Under the pieces are notes generated by a model. It was not told the DNA's origin and did no database searches. It worked only from the letters and a program-made list of their open reading frames with translations. A stretch of 64,000 bases of DNA from an uncultured Staphylococcaceae bacterium (lineage in GTDB: Bacteria; Bacillota_I; Bacilli_A; ML615J-28; CAG-313): positions 1,729 through 65,728 of the forward strand of contig CAZDPJ010000003.1 of the NCBI GenBank assembly GCA_964507405.1. Reading direction: 5' to 3'. The translations under genes were made by a program, and so were the position numbers. This document shows, piece by piece, positions 33,813 through 42,910 of the stretch. Every line of letters begins with the position of its first letter. Position 1 is the first letter of the stretch.

Positions 33813-33824
33813 AAGGAGCATATT

Positions 33825-35651
33825 ATGAGCATTGATTATCAATACTTAAAAGAAAGACAAAAATATATCCGTAATTTTTCGATCATTGCTCATATTGACC
33901 ATGGCAAAAGTACTTTAGCAGATCGAATCTTAGAAAAAACAAAAACTGTTGAATTAAGAGAAATGCGTGAACAATTGCTTGATAACATGGATTTAGAACG
34001 TGAAAGAGGAATTACAATTAAACTTAATGCGGTTGAACTTGAATATCATGCGAAAGATGGTAATACTTATTTATTTCATTTAATTGATACTCCTGGACAT
34101 GTTGACTTTACATATGAAGTGTCAAGATCACTTGCTTCATGTGAAGGTGCAGTTCTTGTTGTTGATGCTGCACAAGGAATTGAAGCGCAAACTCTTGCTA
34201 ATGTATATCTTGCAATTGATAATGATTTAGAAATTTTACCTTTAATTAATAAAATCGATCTTCCTTCAGCAAATCCTGAAGAAGTAAAAAGAGAAATTGA
34301 AGATGTTATTGGCCTTGATGCTAGTAATGCGGTTCTTGCAAGTGCGAAAGAAGGAATTGGTATTGATGAATTACTTGAACAAATAGTAGATATAGTTCCT
34401 TCCCCTAGTGGAGATCCATCTAGTCCTGTTCAGGCTTTAATTTTTGATTCTTATTATGACGCATATCGTGGTGTAATTCCATCAATTAGAGTTTTTAATG
34501 GGGTCATTAAAAAAGGTGACCATATTAAGATGATGGCAACTGGAGCAACATATGAAGTTTTAGAATGTGGTGTTAATACTCCTAAAGAGAAGAAAAAAGA
34601 TTTTTTAAGTGCTGGTGATGTTGGTTGGATTAGTGCTAGTATTAAAGATGTAAAAGATGTTCGGGTTGGTGATACAATTACGACTCTTGAACAACTAAGT
34701 AATGAAGCAATGCCTGGATATAGACAACTTAATTCAATGGTCTTTTGTGGATTATATCCTGTTGAAGCTAATCGTTATGATGATTTAAAAGAAGCCCTTG
34801 AAAAATTAAAATTAAATGATGCGGCACTTGTTTTTGAACCCGAAACATCACAAGCTCTTGGATTTGGTTTTAGAACGGGGTTCTTAGGACTTTTACATAT
34901 GGATGTAATCCAAGAACGCCTGGAAAGAGAATATAAATTAGATTTAATTGCGACAGCACCTAGTGTTGAATATCATGTATTATTGACTAATGGTGAAAAA
35001 ATAGTTGTTGATAATCCAAGTGCGTTACCTGATTTTACGAAAATTAAACATATTGAAGAACCATTTGTTCATGCAACTATTATGGTATCTAATGACTATG
35101 TTGGTAATGTTATGGAAATTTGTCAAAATAAACGTGGAATATTTGTTGGGATGGAATATATTAATGAAACAAGAGTTGTTTTAAAATATGACCTTCCTTT
35201 AACTGAAATTGTATATGATTTTTTTGATCGATTAAAATCGTCAACAAAAGGTTATGCATCATTTGACTATGAACTTGCTGATTACCGAGTTTCTAATCTT
35301 GTAAAGATGGATATTTTATTAAATGGTGATCGTGTTGATGCCTTAAGTGTTATTGTTCATCGTGATTTTGCTTATATTCGTGGTAAAAGTTTAGTTCAAA
35401 AATTAAGAAAACTAATTCCTCGTGAACAATTTGAAATTCCTGTTCAAGCAGCTATTAATGGAAAAATCATTGCTCGTGAAAATATTGCTGCTCTTCGTAA
35501 AGATGTTCTTGCTAAGTGCTATGGTGGTGACGTTTCACGTAAGAAGAAATTATTAGAAAAACAAAAAGAAGGTAAGAAAAGAATGAAACAAGTCGGTAGT
35601 GTAGAAATACCTCAAGAAGCCTTCTTAGCTGTTCTTAAAATTGATGAATAA
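33825..35651 (+). CDS. lepA: Elongation factor 4
   Basis: [37 protein letters not shown] and [11 protein letters not shown]. Confidence 0.98.
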   Translation: MSIDYQYLKERQKYIRNFSIIAHIDHGKSTLADRILEKTKTVELREMREQLLDNMDLERERGITIKLNAVELEYHAKDGNTYLFHLIDTPGHVDFTYEVSRSLASCEGAVLVVDAAQGIEAQTLANVYLAIDNDLEILPLINKIDLPSANPEEVKREIEDVIGLDASNAVLASAKEGIGIDELLEQIVDIVPSPSGDPSSPVQALIFDSYYDAYRGVIPSIRVFNGVIKKGDHIKMMATGATYEVLECGVNTPKEKKKDFLSAGDVGWISASIKDVKDVRVGDTITTLEQLSNEAMPGYRQLNSMVFCGLYPVEANRYDDLKEALEKLKLNDAALVFEPETSQALGFGFRTGFLGLLHMDVIQERLEREYKLDLIATAPSVEYHVLLTNGEKIVVDNPSALPDFTKIKHIEEPFVHATIMVSNDYVGNVMEICQNKRGIFVGMEYINETRVVLKYDLPLTEIVYDFFDRLKSSTKGYASFDYELADYRVSNLVKMDILLNGDRVDALSVIVHRDFAYIRGKSLVQKLRKLIPREQFEIPVQAAINGKIIARENIAALRKDVLAKCYGGDVSRKKKLLEKQKEGKKRMKQVGSVEIPQEAFLAVLKIDE

Positions 35652-35739
35652 TTAAAAAAGATAAGATGCTAGTCATTTTATCTTTTCATTTTACTTTATT
35701 TTGAACTTTAAATTTGTTATAATAAGAATGGTGAGTAAT

Positions 35740-36861
35740 ATGTTAGGATTATATATTCATATTCCATTTTGTAAGAAAATATGTAGTTATTGTGATTTTT
35801 ATAAAATGGTAGTTAGTGATAAATTTAAACAACAATATGTTAATTATTTGATTAAAGAAATAAACATTAGAAATATTTCTAAATATCAATTTGATACTAT
35901 TTATATTGGTGGTGGTACGCCAAGTAGTTTAAAACTATCTGATTTAGAATTATTACTTTCTAACATTACTTCAAAAATTGATATGAGTACTATTAAAGAA
36001 TTTACATTTGAAGTAAATCCTGAAGATGTATGTGAAGAATTAATTAGTCTCCTTGTAAAATACCAGGTTAACCGAATTAGTATGGGGATTGAAACTTTTT
36101 CTACAAAGATTGCTAAAATTCTAAATCGATGTTATCATTCATTTGATGAAATCAAAGAAAAAATAAATATTATAAAAAAGTATGGCATTAATAATATTAA
36201 TGGTGATTTAATTTATGCAGTAAACACTGAAACTTTAAATTTGGTTAAATCTGATTTAAGGCGTTTACTTAAACTTGGACTAACACATATTTCAACTTAT
36301 TCATTAATATTAGAAGAAAAGACTATTTTATATGAGAAATATAAGAAAAAAGAATTTGATTATATTGACGAAGAAACAGATGAAAAAATGTATAAAGAAA
36401 TAACTAGAATTCTTAAAAAAAATAATTTTATTCATTATGAAACTAGTAATTTTGCACTACCAAATTATGAAGCAATTCATAATTTGAAATACTGGAAAAA
36501 AGAAGAATATTTAGGAATAGGGGCTGGTTCTAGTTCTTATATTAATCATGAACGCTTTACTAATGTTAGAAATATAAAACTTTATTATGATGGCCTTGAT
36601 AATAATAATTTAAATATCATTGATACAAGTAAATTGTCTTTTGATGATGAAACAGATGAGTTTGTTATGTTAGGATTAAGAATGATGAAAGGACTTAATA
36701 AAGATAAATTTTTCAAATTATTTAATATTAGTTTAAAAGATAGATATCCTAATATTGGTAATTTAATTAGTGAGGGTTTACTTGTTGAAAATGAATCTTA
36801 TATTTATATTCCAGAAAAATATAGTTATATTGCAAATCATATAATAATAAAAATAATTTAA
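35740..36861 (+). CDS. hemW: Radical SAM heme chaperone HemW (HemN-like)
   Basis: LYIHIPFCKKICSYCDF, GGGTPS, HYETSNF and HNLKYW; lepA-hemW synteny. Confidence 0.92.
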   Translation: MLGLYIHIPFCKKICSYCDFYKMVVSDKFKQQYVNYLIKEINIRNISKYQFDTIYIGGGTPSSLKLSDLELLLSNITSKIDMSTIKEFTFEVNPEDVCEELISLLVKYQVNRISMGIETFSTKIAKILNRCYHSFDEIKEKINIIKKYGINNINGDLIYAVNTETLNLVKSDLRRLLKLGLTHISTYSLILEEKTILYEKYKKKEFDYIDEETDEKMYKEITRILKKNNFIHYETSNFALPNYEAIHNLKYWKKEEYLGIGAGSSSYINHERFTNVRNIKLYYDGLDNNNLNIIDTSKLSFDDETDEFVMLGLRMMKGLNKDKFFKLFNISLKDRYPNIGNLISEGLLVENESYIYIPEKYSYIANHIIIKII

Positions 36862-36871
36862 GGAGGATATT

Positions 36872-37771
36872 ATGGAAAATCTTGTCACTGAATATACATC
36901 TTATTTAGCAAGTGAAAAAATGAAAAGTCAAAATACCATAAAGTCATATCAAAGTGATTTACTAAATTATTTATATTATTTACAAAATGTAAAAAATATT
37001 GATGATATTAAAAATACTAATACATCAGATGTTTTAGATTATCTTACATATTTAAAAAAACTAGGATATTCTTCAACTTCAAGTTCGAGAAGTTTAAGTA
37101 CTTTAAAGTCTTTTTATAAGTTTTTAACCCTTGAACATTATATTAAACATAATCCAACGCTTACAATTAGTGCTCCTAAACTAGATAAAAAACTTCCAAC
37201 TGTGCTTTCAGTAGAAGAAGTACTAAAACTTTTAAATAGTTTAAATGATGATACACCATATAATGCAAGAAATAAAGCAATGATTGAAGTAATGTATGCG
37301 ACAGGACTTAGAGTAAGTGAACTTGTTAATCTAAAAATCAATCAATTACATTTGACAAGTAAAATGATTTCTACAACTGGTAAAGGAAGCAAAGAAAGAA
37401 TTGTTCCAATTAATGATTATGCGGCAAAGATACTTAGAGATTATATAGTTAAATATCGGGTTGAACTTGTTAAAAATAAAAAAGACAATAATTATTTATT
37501 CTTAAATAATCAAGGTGAGGCTTTATCAAGACAAAGTTTCTTTATTATATTAAAACGTCTTGCTAAAGAAGCTGGAATTGAAAAGGAAATTTCACCTCAT
37601 ACTTTAAGACATTCTTTCGCAACCCATTTACTTGAGGCAGGTACTGATTTAAGATATATTCAAGAAATGTTAGGACATGAAGATATATCAACAACCCAAA
37701 TTTATACCCACTTAAGTAAACAAAAAATTAAATCTGTTTATAATAAAGCACATCCAAGAGGAGATAAATAA
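36872..37771 (+). CDS. xerD: Site-specific tyrosine recombinase XerD (RipX-like)
   Basis: Catalytic set YATGLRVSEL, GKGSKER, HTLRHSFATH, LGH and TTQIYTH; adjacent to phosphopentomutase like B. subtilis ripX-drm. Confidence 0.9.
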   Translation: MENLVTEYTSYLASEKMKSQNTIKSYQSDLLNYLYYLQNVKNIDDIKNTNTSDVLDYLTYLKKLGYSSTSSSRSLSTLKSFYKFLTLEHYIKHNPTLTISAPKLDKKLPTVLSVEEVLKLLNSLNDDTPYNARNKAMIEVMYATGLRVSELVNLKINQLHLTSKMISTTGKGSKERIVPINDYAAKILRDYIVKYRVELVKNKKDNNYLFLNNQGEALSRQSFFIILKRLAKEAGIEKEISPHTLRHSFATHLLEAGTDLRYIQEMLGHEDISTTQIYTHLSKQKIKSVYNKAHPRGDK

Positions 37772-37772
37772 T

Positions 37773-38951
37773 ATGAAATTTAAAAGAGTATTTGTTATAG
37801 TTACTGATTCAATGGGAATTGGTGAAGCAAAAGACGCAGCTAAATTTAATGATATAGGAGCTAATACATTTAAGCATATTGCTGAAGGGAAATCATCTTT
37901 TAAAGTACCTAATTTAGAACAATTAGGAATAGGAAATATTTGTGAAAGCAAAATGGTAAAAAGTAATCCTAATTTAAAAGGCGTTGTTGCCAGACTTGAA
38001 GAAATTAGTAATGGGAAAGATACATTGACTGGACACTTTGAAATGATGGGATTAAAAGTTGAAAAGCCTTTTCCTTCATTTACAGATACTGGGTTTCCTA
38101 AGGAGTTAATTGATGCTCTTGAAAAATACAGTAAACGAAAAATGATTGGTAATATTGCAGCAAGTGGCACTGAAATTATTAAAGAATTAGGCGAGACTCA
38201 ACTAAAAACAGGTGCAATGATTATTTATACATCTGCTGATTCTGTGTTACAGCTTGCAGCCAATGAAGAAATAATCCCTTTAGAAGAACTTTATGATGTA
38301 TGTTCGTATGCTAGAAAAATAACTAAAGAAAATCCCGCATGGCAAGTTGGTAGAATTATTGCTCGACCATTTATTGGACAATCTAAAGAAACGTTTGTTC
38401 GAACAACTAATCGCCATGATTATGCTTTAAAACCATTCGATCGTACTGTTTTAAATTTCTTACAAGATAAGGGATATAGTGTAATATCAGTAGGTAAGAT
38501 TTATGATATTTTTGATGGCTATGGAATTGATGAATCTAACCGTACAACAAGTAATTGTGATGGAATGAATAAAACGATATCATTGCTTGAACGTGATTTT
38601 TCTGGTTTTTGCTTTACTAATTTAGTTGATTTTGATGCTTTATATGGTCATAGACGTGATTTAGATGGTTATCACAAAGCGATTGAGGAATTTGATAGTC
38701 AACTTGGCGAATTTATTAGTAAAATGAATGATGATGATTTGTTAATGGTTGTTTCAGATCATGGTAATGATCCAATTCATCATGGTACTGACCATACAAG
38801 AGAAGATGTTCCTCTATTAATTTATCATAATAATATCAAAGGTAAAAATTTAGGTACGCTTACATCTTTTGCTACAGTCGGAGCAACAATTTGCGATAAT
38901 TTTGAATGTGAAATGCCAAAAATTGGTAAATCTATATTAGGTGAACTATAA
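37773..38951 (+). CDS. deoB: Phosphopentomutase
   Basis: DSMGIG, GKDTLTGHFE, YTSADS, NLVDFD...GHRRD and DHGNDP...DHTRE. Confidence 0.96.
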   Translation: MKFKRVFVIVTDSMGIGEAKDAAKFNDIGANTFKHIAEGKSSFKVPNLEQLGIGNICESKMVKSNPNLKGVVARLEEISNGKDTLTGHFEMMGLKVEKPFPSFTDTGFPKELIDALEKYSKRKMIGNIAASGTEIIKELGETQLKTGAMIIYTSADSVLQLAANEEIIPLEELYDVCSYARKITKENPAWQVGRIIARPFIGQSKETFVRTTNRHDYALKPFDRTVLNFLQDKGYSVISVGKIYDIFDGYGIDESNRTTSNCDGMNKTISLLERDFSGFCFTNLVDFDALYGHRRDLDGYHKAIEEFDSQLGEFISKMNDDDLLMVVSDHGNDPIHHGTDHTREDVPLLIYHNNIKGKNLGTLTSFATVGATICDNFECEMPKIGKSILGEL

Positions 38952-39871
38952 TGAGAGAAAGAAAAGTATTAAAATTTAATGATAAGACTAAGATTGTTAC
39001 TTATTTATGGATGGATCCAATCCACCATAATGAAGGCACAATTGAAATATTTCATGGAATGGCTGAAAATATTTTAAGGTATAATGAATTTGCTGAATAT
39101 TTAGCTTCTAATGGTTTTATTGTTATTGGCCATGACCATTTTGTGCATGGGGAGTCAGCTACATCTATTGATGAAATTGGGGAAACACTTGATTATGACT
39201 TTATGGATGGAATAATTAAAGCAATGAAACTTGTTCGTGATGAATATGATGAATACTTTATAAATGGTAAACGATATTTATTTGCTCATTCGATGGGTTC
39301 AATGGCTTCACAAAGATATATTCAAAAATATCCTAATGATTTTGACAAAGTTATTTTGAGTGGTACTGATATTGGTGGTGGTAAATATAGACTTGCGAAA
39401 ATGATTATTAAACCATTTACAAGACACGACAAAATTAAATATTCTAATTTTGTCTTAAATCTTACAACTACTGGATTTAACAAAAAGTTTAAAAAGGATC
39501 ATCCACAATTTGGATGGTTAAGTATAAATAAAGAAAATATTCATGAATATATTGATAATCCTTATTGTGGTAAAGACTTTCCTACTAATTACTTTTACTC
39601 CCTTTCTAAAATGATGTGTGAAAATGTAAAATCCAAAAATTTAGATTCAATTAACAAGAATATTAAGATTTTGTTGTATTGTGGAAGAGAAGACCCTGTG
39701 AGTAATTTTGGTAAATCTATTATTAAATTATCTAAGCTATATAATAAACATCAAATTGATGCATCATTTAAAATAATAGATAATGCTCGACATGAGGTTC
39801 ATAATGAATCAATTGATATAAAACATAATATTTTTGATTTGATTATTGATTTTTATAAAAAAACTAACTAA
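38951..39871 (+). CDS. Alpha/beta hydrolase (lysophospholipase-like)
   Basis: FHGMAE, DHFVHG, nucleophile AHSMGS, DPV and RHEVHNE. Confidence 0.88.
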   Translation: MRERKVLKFNDKTKIVTYLWMDPIHHNEGTIEIFHGMAENILRYNEFAEYLASNGFIVIGHDHFVHGESATSIDEIGETLDYDFMDGIIKAMKLVRDEYDEYFINGKRYLFAHSMGSMASQRYIQKYPNDFDKVILSGTDIGGGKYRLAKMIIKPFTRHDKIKYSNFVLNLTTTGFNKKFKKDHPQFGWLSINKENIHEYIDNPYCGKDFPTNYFYSLSKMMCENVKSKNLDSINKNIKILLYCGREDPVSNFGKSIIKLSKLYNKHQIDASFKIIDNARHEVHNESIDIKHNIFDLIIDFYKKTN

Positions 39872-39917
39872 AATATGATTAAATAACCTCTTTTTATCTT
39901 CAAATTTAGGCCTTAAA

Positions 39918-40666
39918 ATAGGCCTTTTTTTGCGTTTTTTAATCTAAAATGAATAAATATCGATTTGCATATTTAAATCAAAAATAAGCCTAAAATAGCT
40001 TCATCTTATATACTTTATATAATATTTAATAATATAACAATACATATAATTAATCTATATTAAAATAAAATATAAAGGCAAAACAAGCGTAAATTTTAAA
40101 AGATTAATTAACAAATGATTAATTAAACAATAAGAATTAAAAATACAAAATATCCTTTAATTTTAGTTTCAAATAAAAAATATAAAAAATTAGACGCTTT
40201 AGACTTGATAATAACCCTTCTGTGAGCGTCTGAAAAATAAAAAGATGAATAATTCTAATTAAACTTTTTAAATCAGGGCATAACATAAAATATATAATAA
40301 TTGGATATTAGAATTATTTAAAAAAATAAAATATAATAATTATATAAGCCTTCCTAAAAAAGATGAAATTTAAAAAGACGCATAAACACTAATTAAGCTA
40401 TAAAGACAAATAGTAAAAAAAGTTATATTCTTAATTAATAGTAATAGCCCTTTTTATAAAGAGCGTAATATAAAAAGTTGAATAGTTGTTAATTAAGCTA
40501 TTATAAAATAAGATCTTTATTTTAGTGATTGATAGGCCTTTCTAGAGAGGATGAAAATTAAAAAGATGAATAATTACCAATTCAAATTTTGGTTTGGTAG
40601 TTACTAATAAATAAAAATGCCTAGTAAAAGATGAAAGATAAAATACTTGATAATTAGTAATCCACA
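39918..40666 (+). repeat. Left array of degenerate ~55-bp polar repeats
   Basis: Clear copies start at 40211 (1-nt gap), 40344, 40444, 40532 and 40612; weaker copies at 39918 and ~40072. All are on + and share ATAR(C/G)CC, TGAAA, TAAAAAG, GAATAATT and TAATT(C/A)AA blocks in one register. Confidence 0.8.
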
Positions 40667-40730
40667 TTGTATTTGTGTATAAGTATATGGAAAACATACT
40701 AGTTATCCACAATCAAAAAACTTATCAACG
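40658..40730. promoter_or_regulatory. DnaA-box cluster
   Basis: TAATCCACA 40658-40666 (1 mismatch), TGTGTATAA 40674-40682 (TTATACACA on -), TTATCCACA 40703-40711 (perfect) and TTATCAACG 40722-40730 (2 mismatches), versus consensus TTATNCACA. Confidence 0.65.
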
Positions 40731-40778
40731 TTTATAGTTTTTCATTGATTTATCTAGGTTTTACTTTGCTTTTTTATT

Positions 40779-40806
40779 GGTTAACATAATATATATTATA
40801 GGAAGT
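40779..40806 (-). other. dif: dif site (XerCD chromosome dimer resolution site)
   Basis: Minus strand ACTTCCTATAATATATATTATGTTAACC (28 bp) differs at only 2-3 positions from the recalled B. subtilis (ACTTCCTAGAATATATATTATGTAAACT) and S. aureus dif sites. It lies exactly where gene orientation converges. Confidence 0.93.
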
Positions 40807-41105
40807 AAAACACAGATAAGTAAAACATCGAAAATAAGAGATTAAATGCTTCAAATCATTAAAATGGAGTATTTATTTGTCGAATTCTACTTATTTTATT
40901 AAATAAACTAACTCATTTTAATAATCATGACTATATTTAAAAAGCTAAAATATGCAGTATTTTTAAAACATAATCTTATACTGTTAATTACTCAGAATTA
41001 GATAGAAAATTCAAAATACCCCTTTAAATCGCCTTTAGATTTAAAAATAATAAAACAAATGCATTTATTGGAATTTACTTCTTATTTTAAAGGTTATCTT
41101 TACAA

Positions 41106-41495
41106 TTTAAGTTAAATAATTATTCATTTATTAAATTTCATACGTTTAGAGTAGGGTTATAAACTACTAGTTATTAATATTATTGTAAAAGCTTATATTA
41201 GTAATTATGAATCTATTAAAATTCATGCGTTTAATGAAAGCTTATAATCTATTAATTATTAATAAATAAATAATCTAAATAATTGAATAGTAGTTATATA
41301 ATTAATATTATTTCAGAAGCTAATACTGTAGTTTATATATTTAATGTTTTAAAGTGCTAATCCATGTTAATTATAAATAATTAAATTTAAATTTAGTATA
41401 TTTTTATTTTAAACAATAAAAAAACCGGGATTTCTCCCAGTTTGAATTAGTAATTATTCGACTTTTTAATTTTCATCCGCTCACAGAACGGTTAT
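41106..41495 (-). repeat. Right array of degenerate ~55-bp polar repeats (inverted relative to left array)
   Basis: Minus-strand copies at 41495-41441, 41245-41191 and 41160-41106; weaker copies at 41336-41282 and starting 41097. Confidence 0.8.
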
Positions 41496-41500
41496 AAAGC

Positions 41501-42018
41501 CTATTTTTTCTTTTTAAATGAGTAGACAGTAAAAATTAATAATATTATGATTGGTATTATAAAATAAATTGTATTAAAAATAATACATGAATACCATGGT
41601 GCTGAATTACTTTGATCAGTAATCAATATGATAATTTCAATTATTGTTTTTATTAAAAAACTGGTTGTAACGAGTATTAAAGCACCTAATAATATAAATG
41701 GATGATGTTTCATCAATTTTACTACTTATTAGTAAATATGAAAATATAATTATTCCGATAAAACCAATAATTGCGATTATAATATCTAGTAAAAGTAACT
41801 TCTTCTTATTACTCGATATTTTTCTAAGTTGTAATAATTCATCTGAACTGATATTAAATAGATTACAAAGCATAATAATGTTATCAATATCAGGTAAACT
41901 TAAATTTGTTTCCAATTTTGATATAGTTTGACGTGAAAATATTTAGTTTATTTGCTAAATCTTCTTGAGTAAAATTATTTTGTTTTCTTAATTCTTTAAT
42001 TTTTTCACCGATTGTTAT
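41501..42018 (-). pseudogene. Decayed XRE-family HTH plus membrane-domain gene (start loss, frameshifts)
   Basis: RBS AGGAG is followed 7 nt later by ATA-ACA-ATC-GGT (likely ATG>ATA). Reads TIGEKIKELRKQNNFTQEDLANKLNI / frameshift / SRQTISKLETNLSLPD...FNISSDELL plus TM, then a second frame change into a small TM peptide (SAPWY). Confidence 0.75.
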
Positions 42019-42105
42019 ATTTAAACTCCTTTCGGGAATATTATATATCTTTATTTTAGAAAAATACATCAATTTTTGTTTATAATTACTATCTTTTTAG
42101 TTGCT

Positions 42106-42909
42106 TTATAATTCTATTTTATTAATTACATTAATTTCTAACTCATTTGCTAGGTCAAAAGCCTCTTTAGTTGCTTCATCATCCATATCTATAAAGAAGT
42201 GTGCATCATCATTTATGATTATTTTCGCATTCATTTCTTTAGCTAGTTTCCAAAACTCATATTTAGGGTAACTATAACTAATATGGTTGTCTAATGAGGT
42301 GAATATTTTCTTTTTTCGTTTACAGTTTCTAATACCATTGGCATTAATCTCTAAATATACGTTATATTGGATTGATGCCTTGATAATTTCTTTTGATATT
42401 TCTTTATAAGTATCATTCCATTGGATATTATTCCAAAAAAATAGATCAGGATGGGCTAATATTTTAAAATATCCTGTTTTCATTGCTTCTATAACAGTAT
42501 TTTTATAGCATATAATTGCATCTAAATCACAGTTTCTGTCATAAATACTATATATTTGATTATTATAAGGAATATAATGAGCACCAAGAACTAAATAATC
42601 AAGATCTTTAAGAAATAATTTATAGGTTTCATCCATTTCTTTAAAATATTCAATTTCTAGTGCTTTCAAAACTTTTATATTAGGATAAGCTTTTTTTGCC
42701 TCTTCTAATTGTGGCAAATATAGATTATAATATTCATCAAAGCTCATTCTTCGGCTAATGATTTTAGAATATATTTCATCGATTAATGGGCCATGATCAC
42801 TAATCCCAATTGTGTGATATCCTTTTTCATTTGCAATTTTAACATAATCTATTGCTCTGCCTTCAGCATGTTTACATAAATAAACATGAGTATGATAATT
42901 GCTATTCAT
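42106..42909 (-). CDS. PHP-family histidinol-phosphatase-like protein
   Basis: NYHTHVYLCKHA, GISDHGP, LEIEY, LAHPD, EINANG and INDDAH. Start 42909, just after the upstream stop. Confidence 0.88.
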   Translation of the reverse strand: MNSNYHTHVYLCKHAEGRAIDYVKIANEKGYHTIGISDHGPLIDEIYSKIISRRMSFDEYYNLYLPQLEEAKKAYPNIKVLKALEIEYFKEMDETYKLFLKDLDYLVLGAHYIPYNNQIYSIYDRNCDLDAIICYKNTVIEAMKTGYFKILAHPDLFFWNNIQWNDTYKEISKEIIKASIQYNVYLEINANGIRNCKRKKKIFTSLDNHISYSYPKYEFWKLAKEMNAKIIINDDAHFFIDMDDEATKEAFDLANELEINVINKIEL

Positions 42910-42910
42910 T

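Noticed and set aside
36872-37771. Phage or ICE integrase
   Set aside because: Size (299 aa), motifs and xerD-deoB synteny indicate chromosomal XerD; there are no phage or conjugation genes or att-like flanks.
40658-40730. oriC interpretation of DnaA boxes plus AT-rich DNA
   Set aside because: Genes converge on rather than diverge from this point, a dif site is adjacent, and dnaA/dnaN/gyrB are absent while parEC is nearby.
39918-41495. CRISPR array interpretation of the repeats
   Set aside because: Copies are far too divergent, start-to-start spacing is irregular (80-133 bp among clear left copies), orientation flips across dif, and no cas genes are present.
39918-41495. Known Tus-Ter, RTP-Ter, matS, KOPS (GGGNAGGG) or SRS (GAGAAGGG) motifs
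   Set aside because: No convincing match to these motifs was seen by eye in the gap, and no cognate genes are in the window.
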